Program-made: the position numbers and the translations under genes
NCBI GenBank assembly: GCA_963799265.1
Contig: CAWCWM010000016.1
Coordinates: forward strand, 66,260 to 130,259
DNA: 64,000 bases
Reading direction: 5' to 3'
Source: an uncultured cyanobacterium
GTDB taxonomy: Bacteria; Cyanobacteriota; Cyanobacteriia; Phormidesmidales; Phormidesmidaceae
The notes under the pieces: generated by a model
What the model was told of the DNA's origin: nothing
The model's database searches: none
What the model saw: only the letters and a program-made list of their open reading frames with translations
Shown: one piece after another, positions 53,496 through 63,597 of the stretch
Numbering within the stretch: the first letter of the stretch is position 1
Layout: every line of letters starts with the position of its first letter

Positions 53496-53894
53496 GTATT
53501 TGTGACTTTATGAGAAGTGGATCGGCGATCGCAAAAACTGGATCGGCGATCGCAAAAAGTGGATCGGCGATCGCAAAAAGTGAGTCGCTGATTGTCAGAA
53601 GTCGATCGGCGATCGCGAGGAGCAGATCGCCAGTTGCAAGCAGTGAGACGAGAAGCGCGAGAAGTGGAGCGAGGTTTGAAAGGAGTGGAGGCGCGATCGC
53701 GAGCAGCAGAACGAGGGCTGGCAATATCGCAGCTTCGAGTGAGAGAAGTGCCACGAAGACCAGCAATAGCCGCACGAAAGTGGTGAGAAGCGTCACGAGT
53801 GTAGGGAGAAGCGCTACAAAGATGGGGAATAGCGTAGGGGTGGCTGTTATCAGCGCAATGAAGGGCGTGAGATGTAGTGGCTCGAATGAATGCA
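53496..53894. repeat. Degenerate 21-nt periodic array (~19 units)
   Basis: gtggatcggcgatcgcaaaaa x3 grading into diverged units; three reading frames stay open across it. Confidence 0.8.
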
Positions 53895-54029
53895 TAGCTG
53901 AACGACCCTCGGCCCGCAGTATGCAAGGGTAATGATGACAGCCAGCGCAGTGAGACAAGGTGCCAAAGGTATAGAATCACAGCGAGGAGAAAAGCAGCAA
54001 AGGCTAAAGACAGAAGCACTTGGATAGGA

Positions 54030-54243
54030 ATTTTCTCTATCCAACGGATGCAATTAAGGCAGGAGAGCGGTCATGGCAGAACTAAAGATCTACCATGACA
54101 AAGTAGGGAATACATTGACGGTTTGGTTTGGCGCTCCGGCGATAGGGCTGTGCCTGTGAAGAAATCCAAACGAAGTAATTCTGACGAGTAAGCGAGCTGG
54201 ACAGGGAGGGCTAGGCTTTGGCAAGCTGAACTATGTTTTGTGA
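54030..54243 (+). pseudogene. Remnant toxin 3' end plus degraded DUF2283-type antitoxin
   Basis: YPTDAIKAGERSWQN* overlapping MAELKIYHDKVGNTLTVWFG... CEE..EVIL ...GFGKLNY in shifted frames. Confidence 0.6.
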
Positions 54244-55091
54244 GAGCAGCAATCTTCTACTAGCGCTGATCGCATCCAAACGCTTCGGTGATCGTAGTAG
54301 CGAATGAGGCGCGATCGCATCCCATCTTGCCTTAACCAGCCCACCTCTATCCGAAACTCAGCAGCTTGTGCGATCGCGCCAGGCACTAGACAATAAGTTC
54401 CATTAGGCAAGGTCATTAGCTTGTAGTCCAACTCTCCTTTCAAGCGCACAACGTTGCCAGCGCTGCCGCCATCGGACCCATTCTGTTCTTTCGTCAACGA
54501 CAGTTTTTCAGCAGTTTCTCCAAACGTATCTTGACAGCAAAGCGAGGCGCGATCAAAACGCCACTCGCTAGCGCCCGTCGTCATCGGCTCCATCGTGGCA
54601 TGAAGTACCGACAAGGTGCCCGTCCATTCACCCGTCATCTGGTCAAGCGTCATCGCTGGTTCGAGAAAGTGAGCGCCCTCTGTTTGAGTTTCTCGAATCA
54701 GCACGACATACTTTAGCTGAGCGCTGCCATCAACGCCGCTCTCGTACATGATCACAAAACGCGCCCGGCGATCGCCCACCGTCAAACACATCTCCGCGCC
54801 AAATTGCGCAAAGGCCGTCCACTGCGCCGACCCCTGCGTAAACGCACCGCTCTCGAAAAAGTATACGTAGGGTGCCGGTCCAGGCGCAGAAAAAGATCGC
54901 GTAGTGACCTCTGTTGTCTCACCAGGAGGCGTTCGCTTCAGCGTCAGCTGCATGGTTTTATCCGGCTCAGTTTCTTGCAACGTCAAGACGCTAGGCGTAT
55001 CTTTGACCGGTTCCCCCTCAGCAGAAAACCGGGTAAAAGAGCCATACCAGGTACCGAGATTCTGTTGAATACATCGCCATTGAGTAAGCAT
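54231..55091 (-). CDS. DUF3598 family protein
   Basis: QWRCIQQNLGTWYGSFTRFS, FFESGAFTQGS, RSRLIRYYD. Confidence 0.85.
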   Translation of the reverse strand: MLTQWRCIQQNLGTWYGSFTRFSAEGEPVKDTPSVLTLQETEPDKTMQLTLKRTPPGETTEVTTRSFSAPGPAPYVYFFESGAFTQGSAQWTAFAQFGAEMCLTVGDRRARFVIMYESGVDGSAQLKYVVLIRETQTEGAHFLEPAMTLDQMTGEWTGTLSVLHATMEPMTTGASEWRFDRASLCCQDTFGETAEKLSLTKEQNGSDGGSAGNVVRLKGELDYKLMTLPNGTYCLVPGAIAQAAEFRIEVGWLRQDGMRSRLIRYYDHRSVWMRSALVEDCCSHKT

Positions 55092-55106
55092 TAAAAACGA
55101 TAGCTT

Positions 55107-55769
55107 CTATGTGGTTACGGTTGACTGTGAATCTGTTGACTTTAGCGGCGGTCGAATAGACAGATAGAACGTGATTCCGAGCAGCGGAACTAGCGCAGCC
55201 ATCCAAAAGAGTGCCGGACTATCGAGATCGCGCTTGGCCATGTCGTCTTTTAGCAAAGGAGAGACAATAGCACACAGCATACAAAAGTCTAGGCTCATGA
55301 CGTGAATAAACCGGCTGGTTTGCCACTGCTGGGCAAAGTCGTTCCAGTCGCCGCTGGTCAGCCCGTAGATGAGCAGGACGAGACTAGCTAGTGCGATCGC
55401 CCGCCCGGTCCAAACAGCATCAACTAGCTTGAGCAAAAGCGTCTTTGGCGCGTCAAACGTTGGACTAGACTCACGCAGTGCCAGATAAGGCAGCAGCGCA
55501 AAGGCACCGACCCCAAAGCTAGCCACTACAAACGGCCAGGCTGCGATCTTTTGCGTTGCACCGTCAATCAGCGCCAAGCAAGCGTAGATCATAGGCCAAA
55601 CTCCCATGAGATTGAATAAAGCAATGACAGCAGGATTAAGACCATCCCACTGCCCAGACGAAAGCCGGACAATCAGATCAAAGGTATCTGGCCGCTGCGG
55701 AGGGGCCAGCGTAAAGGCGTAGAGGCTAAACCCAAGCCACAGCAAAGCAAAGATAAGTCTTCTAGTCAT
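55107..55769 (-). CDS. DUF2834-type membrane protein
   Basis: ALFNLMGVWP, SFGVGAFALLPYLALR, SRFIHVMSLDF. Confidence 0.8.
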   Translation of the reverse strand: MTRRLIFALLWLGFSLYAFTLAPPQRPDTFDLIVRLSSGQWDGLNPAVIALFNLMGVWPMIYACLALIDGATQKIAAWPFVVASFGVGAFALLPYLALRESSPTFDAPKTLLLKLVDAVWTGRAIALASLVLLIYGLTSGDWNDFAQQWQTSRFIHVMSLDFCMLCAIVSPLLKDDMAKRDLDSPALFWMAALVPLLGITFYLSIRPPLKSTDSQSTVTT

Positions 55770-56036
55770 AGTGATGGCTGTAGCTCGACAGCCTTTGGAT
55801 AGATTTGCAAAAAGGGTTTCTAATAGATCAGTTAAAGATTCAAAGGTATTTTTTAAGTTTTAAATGGCTATGTAAACATGCAGATGCACAAGACCTAATT
55901 AGCACGGCTGAAGATTATCTTAAGAATACAACCAAGTCTTGACGGGCTGTCGAAAAAGACCGTCCAGTGACCTAGTTTGCTAATGCCCGGATTAGAAATG
56001 CTTGAAGCACAGTGGCGAACACTTAATAGATAGCCT

Positions 56037-56867
56037 ATGCAGTTACAAGATATTTTACGTCTCTATGAAGAGGGTTTTAGAGATTTCAAGGGTCTGTCCC
56101 TAGCAGGAATAGACTTTGGTGCTCGGATTTTAGTGGACGTTAATTTTTCTAATTCAGATCTAACAGGTGCTAACTTCGGTCGTACTTTCCTGACAGACGC
56201 AAACTTTACAAAGGCAAATCTCACTCAGGCCAACTTTAGGTTTGCCAAGCTGAGCGGTGCCTGTTTCGCTGCTGCCGTATTGACCAAGGCCAGCTTGCAG
56301 GGTGCCTTCGGCGTTCGAGCGGATATGACCAAGGTCAGCGCTAGCGGAGCCAATATGAGTCACGCCAACTTGCGCGATGCCAATCTAAAGGAAGCGAACT
56401 TTAGTGGCGTAAACTTCACAGGTGCCAACTTACGTAATGCCGATCTATCGTCAGCGAATTTGGCTTGGACAACGATGAAAGGCGTACGGCTAGTCGGTGG
56501 TGCGATCGCCCAAACCACCCTTACTGGCACTGATCTTAGCCAGGCGCATTTGAATGGTCTGAACTTTGACGGAATGTCACTTAGCGGCATAGATTTCAGT
56601 GAGGCCCACCTTAGAGGTGCTAGCTTTCAACGCGCTGACTTAACCGCTGCTAGCTTCCGCGAAGCCAACCTAGAAAACAGTAGTTTCAAGTGGGCACAGC
56701 TCGCAGGCGCAGACTTTGAGCACGCTCATCTAGATCACGCTAGATTTGCTCAAGCCGATCTCCGCCGCGTAGATCTCAACCAGGACAATTGGTTAGAAGC
56801 TGATATCTCGGAAGCTTATCGGCAAGATTTAGGACTCGTACAGATGCGCATGGTCAGCGCTAGCTAG
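56037..56867 (+). CDS. Pentapeptide-repeat protein
   Basis: Continuous A(D/N)LxxA pentapeptides. Confidence 0.92.
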   Translation: MQLQDILRLYEEGFRDFKGLSLAGIDFGARILVDVNFSNSDLTGANFGRTFLTDANFTKANLTQANFRFAKLSGACFAAAVLTKASLQGAFGVRADMTKVSASGANMSHANLRDANLKEANFSGVNFTGANLRNADLSSANLAWTTMKGVRLVGGAIAQTTLTGTDLSQAHLNGLNFDGMSLSGIDFSEAHLRGASFQRADLTAASFREANLENSSFKWAQLAGADFEHAHLDHARFAQADLRRVDLNQDNWLEADISEAYRQDLGLVQMRMVSAS

Positions 56868-56893
56868 GTCTTTGCTGTAGTTGAGTCGTCAAA

Positions 56894-56920
56894 AGCCTCA
56901 AACGAGACTTGTTTGAGGCT
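56894..56920. terminator. Bidirectional hairpin between convergent genes
   Basis: agcctcaaac/gtttgaggct. Confidence 0.65.
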
Positions 56921-59692
56921 CTACACCAGTGGAATAATCACTCGGCTGAGCATGCGGCCATCTTCCATCTGGCTGAACGTGCATTCGCCGCCTAGTACCT
57001 GCATCAGCGACTGACAAACCCACAGGTGGCTATTTTGCGGCTGCATAATCGCAGCGGGTGAGAGCAGATCTTCTGAACGGCCATCTGCTAATGCCTTTAA
57101 AAGTGTAGGATCGACGCTGCCTTCGTCCGTGATCGAAACTTCTAGCCAGTTTTGGTCGATGGGGCGGCACCAGATGTCGATGCGATCGCCTACCGGAGAC
57201 CGCTTGCAGGCCGCGACCAGCAGCTCATACAGTACAAACTCAACTTTGGTCGTATCAGTTGAGATTGTCAGATTACTTTCACAATGCACCTTTGACCAGA
57301 GCTGACGCGCCTGCACCAGCGGATTTGCCCGCGCTGTGGCCCGTTTTAATACGCTGATTAGCGGTGTTGCTTGGGTCCGGATATCGATTCCCCACTTTTC
57401 AGCCTGGGTGACGTGGGTGAGCCGACTACCCAGCGTTTCCATCTTTTGCATCAGCATTTTTTGGCGCGGATCGCTCGATCCAGACTGCGACACCATCTGC
57501 TGCAAGCACTCTTCAAAGCCTCGATGAAGATCCTCGATCTGGTGCTGTTTGTACCAGTTGAGTCGAATTAGCTGCTCCTGCTGAGCCAGCATTGTCTGGG
57601 TGAGTTTGAGATGGCGACGACACCAGGCTAGCTGATTGGCAATAATCGCCAGCAGGGTAGTTTGTTCCTCAGACCATTCGCGATTAGCGCTATCGGCCAT
57701 GACCAAGATTGCAGTAGGTTCGTGCTCTGGCGCGGTTCTCAGCGCCAGAGCCAGCAGCTTTGTCCCTTCTGGGCCGCTGATCCACCGGCCTTCTGTTGGC
57801 AAATCTGCTAGTGTCAGCGTCAGCAGCCCTTCTGTTGAAACGGCCCAGTGCAGCAGTGCATCCGTCTCTATCGAAATGGGTTTGGTATCGTCTATGCGAA
57901 ATTTGTTGCTCTGTGCAAGGGTGTGGGCAACTGTGGCGGTGTCCGCTCCGTTTTCCCAGGCTACGATGCCGACTAAAGGCACATGCATCAGCTGAGAAAG
58001 TCGGTGAGTCGCAGACTGGTCTAAGGCGTCTATTTTGGCGAGTCGTTGCAGACTGCGCATGCCCCACTGAAAGGCGTCGTGTAGCTGAGCTTGCTGATCG
58101 GTCTGCTTTTGCAGGCACCACTGATGCAGAATCAGGCCAATTTGGTTACTCAGGGCTTGCAAGATCTCTCGTTCTGCGTGGTTCCAACGTCTGGTGGCTT
58201 TGTCGATGACGACGACAATTCCTTCGGGGGCATGCCCAGGTGACGTGTTGCTGACTAGCAGAGATTTTGCGCCCATGGGCTGTAGGCGCGATCGCCAGGC
58301 TGCAAATTTCAGGTCATGCGCTAGATCTTCTACGCTAGCAGGAGAATACGCTCGGCGCAGCATTTGGTCATCCACCTCGTCTAGCGGATGCCAATGGTCA
58401 GTTTGGTTGCTGATTTGAGATGCGCCCTGTCCGGTTTGATAGCACAGATTGTAGCCGCCACGTTCGGTGTTGGCGCTTAGTACCAATAGCTGATCGGTAC
58501 CGATCCGGGTCGCCAGCTGTTCAACGCACAGACCTAGTACGTGCAGCCAGTCGCGATCGCCATGAATACTTCGAGTGATGCCTGCGCTTAGTAAATGATC
58601 TGATCGCAGCTGACTGACCGCTTCATCCATTTCGGCTGTTGGCATCGCTATCCCCAATAGCTGCGCTGCCCCGCTCATATAAGCCTGTTCTACCTCGCTC
58701 CACACTCGCGGACTGCTGCCTTCTGCCGTCAAAAATCCCTGTAGCTCGTCTCGATAAAAGATAGGTGCTACCATTAGCGATCGCGCTTGCAGCTGCACCA
58801 TCAGTCGATTGGCTACACTCGCTTTCACTGAAGATTCCAGCTCGCCAACAACTAGCAGCTCATTGTTACAAAGCATCTGATATAGACTCTGGATCTCACT
58901 GACAGGCAAACTCTCTTTCTCTTTGTTTCTTCCTCTTTTCCCCTTCCCTATTCGACACCAAAAGTGCCGACCTCTAGGCTCCAACCAGTACACGCTGGTG
59001 GTGGCGTCGATGAATGTTGCACTTTCTTTGGCTACCGCTTCTAGTCTGGCATCTAGACCCGACAGACCGCCCAGCGTTTGCAGCAGCGCCAACAGCGGTT
59101 TAGCAGGCTGCTTTTCTTTCTGCCTTTGCGTTTCTAGCTGTTCTTGATGAATGACTTCTGCTAGGGCATGACTGATGGTCAGCAGCGTTGGATTTTGCAA
59201 GATTCCTGGCGTCGTACCCCACCGCCGAGAGCCAAGCACTATCAGCCCAAAGCAAACGTTCTGCCGCTGAATCGGTAGCACTACCATCCCTTGCAGTTCA
59301 AACGCTTTGGCCACCTGTGTCCAAACGCCTGCTCTCGACTCTTCTCGAATATCTGCGATCACAGCAGGCTGCTGCTGAATCACCACCTGTTCTAAAAAAT
59401 CTCCTGGCTGTAGTTCTATAGAGGTGTGCGTAAACCGCTGGGAGCCTTGGGTAAGTACGCCTCGGGTGTCAAGCTTTTGGGCGTGGCGATCGTAGAGACC
59501 GACCCATAGTAGCGAGTAGCCAAACTCAGCTTGAACCAGCTCAAGCGCTACTCGAATGGCGTCTTCTAGGGTTTCGGCAGCCAAGATCGTAGGCAGCACC
59601 TGGCCGATATCCTGCTGGCGAAGCTCTGGATCTGTCCGGCGATCGGGGATGGGCTTTGGGGTGCGGGTGGGTTTGACTTTGGGTCTGGCCAT
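56921..59692 (-). CDS. Multi-GAF sensor protein with degenerate histidine-kinase-like C-terminus
   Basis: Repeated GAF signatures (LPIQRQNVCFGLIVLG; APIFYRDELQGFL; RRWNHAE; REWSEEQ); HATPase-like tail without GxGLGL; likely ATG 59692. Confidence 0.75.
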   Translation of the reverse strand: MARPKVKPTRTPKPIPDRRTDPELRQQDIGQVLPTILAAETLEDAIRVALELVQAEFGYSLLWVGLYDRHAQKLDTRGVLTQGSQRFTHTSIELQPGDFLEQVVIQQQPAVIADIREESRAGVWTQVAKAFELQGMVVLPIQRQNVCFGLIVLGSRRWGTTPGILQNPTLLTISHALAEVIHQEQLETQRQKEKQPAKPLLALLQTLGGLSGLDARLEAVAKESATFIDATTSVYWLEPRGRHFWCRIGKGKRGRNKEKESLPVSEIQSLYQMLCNNELLVVGELESSVKASVANRLMVQLQARSLMVAPIFYRDELQGFLTAEGSSPRVWSEVEQAYMSGAAQLLGIAMPTAEMDEAVSQLRSDHLLSAGITRSIHGDRDWLHVLGLCVEQLATRIGTDQLLVLSANTERGGYNLCYQTGQGASQISNQTDHWHPLDEVDDQMLRRAYSPASVEDLAHDLKFAAWRSRLQPMGAKSLLVSNTSPGHAPEGIVVVIDKATRRWNHAEREILQALSNQIGLILHQWCLQKQTDQQAQLHDAFQWGMRSLQRLAKIDALDQSATHRLSQLMHVPLVGIVAWENGADTATVAHTLAQSNKFRIDDTKPISIETDALLHWAVSTEGLLTLTLADLPTEGRWISGPEGTKLLALALRTAPEHEPTAILVMADSANREWSEEQTTLLAIIANQLAWCRRHLKLTQTMLAQQEQLIRLNWYKQHQIEDLHRGFEECLQQMVSQSGSSDPRQKMLMQKMETLGSRLTHVTQAEKWGIDIRTQATPLISVLKRATARANPLVQARQLWSKVHCESNLTISTDTTKVEFVLYELLVAACKRSPVGDRIDIWCRPIDQNWLEVSITDEGSVDPTLLKALADGRSEDLLSPAAIMQPQNSHLWVCQSLMQVLGGECTFSQMEDGRMLSRVIIPLV

Positions 59693-59973
59693 GTGGGGGA
59701 GGAGGGAATAGGAAGGCAAAGGGTGGAAGGGTAAAGCGGAAGGCGAAGGCAGGAGATCGGCCAAATGGCTGAGCGGTTTTTTGGAGGCTCGGTGAGACTA
59801 CTGGGTGGTGATGCAGTGTTTATCGGTAGGTTGTGTGCGTATGGTTCCCTTCATATCCTCTTCATGTAACGAAGACTGAGATGAACTACGTACGGACTAT
59901 GGACTGTAGGGATGGATGTGCATTGACTAGCTTGGCTTGATATATTGCTGAGGGTGGTGATAGGTATTTTCTT

Positions 59974-61140
59974 TTGCAGCAGCTTTATCGATTTGGGGTG
60001 CGATCGCTCTTATTCAAGACCTTTCAAGCAGACCCCGAGACTGTTCATCGCCAAACCATCGATTTGCTAGCGTGGCTGGCCGCCGAACCGAATAGCGGTG
60101 CATTGTTACACCAGCCGACACGGCGTGCTGCCCAGGCGGCGCTAGTCGGTGCTTTTGGTAGTCAGCCTTCCCAGTCTGGAGCGCTTTTTCAATCTCTTTG
60201 GGGCGTCAACTTTTTTAATCCGCTGGGCCTAGCGGCTGGGTTTGATAAAGATGGCACGGCGGCTCGGGCCTGGCCAATGCTCGGGTTTGGCTTTGCGGAG
60301 CTAGGGACCGTGACATACCACGCGCAGCCTGGTAATGCCAAACCCAGGATGTTTCGCCTGCCTGCGGATAGGGCGGCGCTCAATCGGATGGGATTCAACA
60401 ACCAGGGAGCAGCGGCTTTGTCTCGCAGGCTGAGGGAGCTGTGGCCGGAGGATAACTATCCAGTGCCGATTGGCATCAATCTGGGAAAGTCGAAGATTAC
60501 GCCGTTGGATCAGGCGGCGGCAGACTATCGTCGGAGCTTTGAGCTGCTGAAGACGCAGGGAAGTTATTTTGTGGTGAATGTGTCTTCGCCGAATACGCCG
60601 GGGTTGCGATCGCTCCAGGCCAAAGAACAGCTCGCCCCTATCTTAGAAACTCTCCAAAGCGCGAATACAGACAACAAACCGCTGCTGGTCAAAATCTCTC
60701 CTGATCTGGCTACTGAAGATATCACAGAGATTGTTCAACTTGCCCAAGCGTGTAATCTAGCTGGCATCATTGCAACGAATACCACCATCGATCGCCGTTC
60801 GTTGACTACTCGCACCATCGCCACAACGGGCAAATCTGTCGCCGATGAAGCTGGCGGCATCAGCGGCGCACCCGTCGCTCGCCGTTCAACAGAAGTCATC
60901 CACCAGATCTATGCTCAAACAAACGGAACGCTGCCGATTATTGGCGTCGGCGGTATCTTCAACGCCGACGATGCCTGGGACAAGATCACAGCAGGCGCGT
61001 CGCTGCTACAAACCTATACAGGCTGGGTGTACGAAGGGCCGACGATGGTAAAAAGCATTACCAGCGGCCTAGTCAAGCGCTTGCGCAGCAGTAATTTGGA
61101 AAATATTTCCGAGGCTGTAGGCCTAGCGCATCGTTCTTGA
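59974..61140 (+). CDS. pyrD: Quinone-dependent dihydroorotate dehydrogenase (class 2)
   Basis: NPLGLAAGFDK, NRMGFNN, GINLGKSK, VVNVSSPNTPGLR, KISPDL, GGISG, IIGVGGI. Confidence 0.96.
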   Translation: MQQLYRFGVRSLLFKTFQADPETVHRQTIDLLAWLAAEPNSGALLHQPTRRAAQAALVGAFGSQPSQSGALFQSLWGVNFFNPLGLAAGFDKDGTAARAWPMLGFGFAELGTVTYHAQPGNAKPRMFRLPADRAALNRMGFNNQGAAALSRRLRELWPEDNYPVPIGINLGKSKITPLDQAAADYRRSFELLKTQGSYFVVNVSSPNTPGLRSLQAKEQLAPILETLQSANTDNKPLLVKISPDLATEDITEIVQLAQACNLAGIIATNTTIDRRSLTTRTIATTGKSVADEAGGISGAPVARRSTEVIHQIYAQTNGTLPIIGVGGIFNADDAWDKITAGASLLQTYTGWVYEGPTMVKSITSGLVKRLRSSNLENISEAVGLAHRS

Positions 61141-61242
61141 AGTCGCGGCTAGTAGCGGGCGATGGCCGGACGATGAATAGGCGATGCGCGATCGCTGTTG
61201 TTGGGAAGTCTGGACTAATGTTTCTTTGAGAAGGATTCGGTC

Positions 61243-61641
61243 TTGGCACGCTATCAGAAGCCGCAGAAGAGAAAGCCGCAGCGACATCGAAAGCAATCAG
61301 TTCCAACAATCTTTTGGCCTGTAGGGATTGCGATCGCAGTTTTCTTTCAGCAGGACATGGGCAGTCGCTTGTTGGCCAAAATAAAGCATGACTTCGCTCG
61401 ATCAACAACAGGTTCTCAAGTAGAGCCCGTTGCCGCTGACCCCGCCAGCTCAAACGCGCCTGCCGCAGCAACCAACTGCAATATCAAAGGCAACATCTCT
61501 ATCAGCTCGGGTAGAAGAATCTATCATCTTCCGGGTATGGAAGATTATGAAAACACCAAGATTGAAGCAAAGCATGGTGAAAGATGGTTTTGCTCAGAAG
61601 CAGACGCTATCTCAAACGGATGGCAGAAGGCACCGAGATAG
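61243..61641 (+). CDS. Hypothetical protein with the C-terminal CxIKGNIS...ERWFC domain found on nuclease/ExoI-like proteins
   Basis: NCNIKGNISISSGRRIYHLPG-EDYENT...GERWFCSEADA-NGW; one TM. Confidence 0.75.
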   Translation: MARYQKPQKRKPQRHRKQSVPTIFWPVGIAIAVFFQQDMGSRLLAKIKHDFARSTTGSQVEPVAADPASSNAPAAATNCNIKGNISISSGRRIYHLPGMEDYENTKIEAKHGERWFCSEADAISNGWQKAPR

Positions 61642-61827
61642 TGAATTCCTAAAAACACGCAGATAGTTTGACTACAACTAGAAACTTGTGATCCTCTCAT
61701 AGGCGGATCGCCTGATTGCCTGTACTATTGTTTGGAAAAAGTCTGTTTGGAAAAAGTTGTAACCTGCGGCTTTTGTTAATTGTGGGGAGCTAGTTTTTTC
61801 AGCTATTCCTATCAAGTAGGCCCTTCT

Positions 61828-62700
61828 ATGAGAAAAAAGGTCGGGCAGTGGTTGTCTAATCGCTCTAGGCATCAGATTATATGGCTCAGTGTGCTACTAT
61901 CCCTGCTGATTGGGGCGATTGACTATGCCGTTCGGATAGATTTATCGCTTTCATTTTTTTACCTGTTGCCGATTGTGATCGTCGCTTGGTATGCCGATCT
62001 AGCTGCCGGTATTGGTATATCTGTGCTGTGCTCTCTTGTATGGCTATGCGCTGATATCTCTGTGAAGAACTATTCGTACGTCTTTCTGCCAATTTGGAAT
62101 GCTGGCGTTCGGCTCGGCTTTTTTTTGCTGATAAGTTATTTGATGGTATTGCAGCATCAGACGCTCAAAAAAGAACGTCAGCTAGCTCGAATCGACGAGC
62201 TAACGGGTATTTACAATCGACGGTTTTTTATCGAGATTCTCAAGCTAGAAATGGAGCGATCGCGCCGCTACCGAACCCCGCTGACGTTGGCTTATCTAGA
62301 TATTGATAATTTCAAAGCAATCAACGACACATGGGGCCACCAGGAAGGCGATCGCTTGCTAAAAGCAGTTTCAAAGCTGCTTCCAGAACTGATGAGGGTG
62401 AATGACATTGTCGGTCGACTCGGCGGCGACGAGTTTGGCATTATCCTTCCACAGCTCGAATTTTCTCAGGGCTATTCTACGCTTGCCAGGATTCACGTGC
62501 AGCTCACCTCAGAGATCAGCCGTGATTGGCCAGTCGGGTTCAGCATAGGAGCCATTACCTTTTTAGAAAATCCGGCTTCTGCTGACGATGCGATCGCCCA
62601 GGCCGATCAAGTCATGTATGAGATTAAAAGAAAAGGAAAAAACGCATTAGACATTCGGATGGTAGGCTCGACCCAACCCATACAACAGCTAGAGCCGTGA
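61828..62700 (+). CDS. Membrane diguanylate cyclase (GGDEF)
   Basis: Four TMs; DELTGIYNRR, DIDNFKAINDTWGH, RVND I-site, GRLGGDEF. Confidence 0.92.
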   Translation: MRKKVGQWLSNRSRHQIIWLSVLLSLLIGAIDYAVRIDLSLSFFYLLPIVIVAWYADLAAGIGISVLCSLVWLCADISVKNYSYVFLPIWNAGVRLGFFLLISYLMVLQHQTLKKERQLARIDELTGIYNRRFFIEILKLEMERSRRYRTPLTLAYLDIDNFKAINDTWGHQEGDRLLKAVSKLLPELMRVNDIVGRLGGDEFGIILPQLEFSQGYSTLARIHVQLTSEISRDWPVGFSIGAITFLENPASADDAIAQADQVMYEIKRKGKNALDIRMVGSTQPIQQLEP

Positions 62701-62738
62701 CCCGAATGACCTGCTAAATCATATGATTGACAGTCTAT

Positions 62739-63208
62739 TCAATTCTGACAGGTTGGATTGAGCAGACAAGGAGAAGTTGCCTCCCCTAGTTCGATTTGCA
62801 GCGTGGCGTGATGATCACGATGGTGCCATTGACTTCGCCAGGATGGAACAGGCGCTGAATGGCCTCTATCGAAATGCCACCAGTGGTAATCAACAAAAAA
62901 ACAGCATTGACAAAAGCAGCCAGAATGGACGACTTGCGCCATCCGTAGGTGTATCGAGTAGAGGCACGGTGCTGAATTAATAAGCTGGCAATCCAGGCCA
63001 ACAATAAGCCCAAAACATCGCTCAGATTGTGGCCTGCATCTGCCATCAGCGCCACCGAGCTAGCCCGCCAGCCAAACCCAAATTCAATTACAACAAAAGA
63101 CACATTAAGTATCAACCCAACCACAAAAGCCCGATTGTAGTTAGCCGGTTCATGGTGATGGTCAGAATGGGCGTGAGAGTGGTGGCTATGTGATGGTGTA
63201 TGAGTCAC
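62739..63208 (-). pseudogene. CDF-family (CzcD/ZitB-like) cation transporter with large internal deletion
   Basis: His-rich N-terminus, ALMADAGHNLSDV, TM1-4, then a jump (other frame) to the C-terminal HATLQIELG..PC. Confidence 0.85.
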
Positions 63209-63387
63209 TTACATCCTTATTCTGCATCTGCACTTTGGGGTGGCCGATAGGGTGGGGTGGGCCTTGCAGCGTGTTCTAATGACCGGCTTACGCTGAACAC
63301 GTACTTCTCTTCAGTGGGAAAGGAGAGAAGCCATCCTTAGATGAAAGAAGAAAGATTGCAACGTTTCTAGGTCCAGAGATGCCGGGA

Positions 63388-63597
63388 CTTGCTCAGTCAT
63401 GCTCGGGAATCACCCCGCACCATCCGGGAATCATTTAGCTATCAACGGGACTTGCTCAGTCGCACTCGGGAACTATTCAGCACCATCCGGGAATCATTCA
63501 GTCACCAACGGGACTTGCTCAGTCGCACTCGGGAACCATTCTGCACCATCCGGGAATCATTCAGTCACCAACGGGACTTGCTCAGTCGCGCTCGGCA
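63388..63597. repeat. 21-nt periodic array (10 units) with 63-nt higher-order repeat
   Basis: Units end in cggga; A-B-C order repeated: cttgctcagtcgcactcggga / accattctgcaccatccggga / atcattcagtcaccaacggga. Confidence 0.9.

Noticed and set aside
52880-54019. Diversity-generating retroelement or retron explanation for the repeat array
   Set aside because: There is no reverse transcriptase and no template/variable repeat pair differing at adenines in the window.
53496-63597. The 21-nt arrays (and the 24-bp and 14-bp repeats) as CRISPR arrays
   Set aside because: There is no constant repeat alternating with unique spacers, the period is too short, and no cas genes are present.
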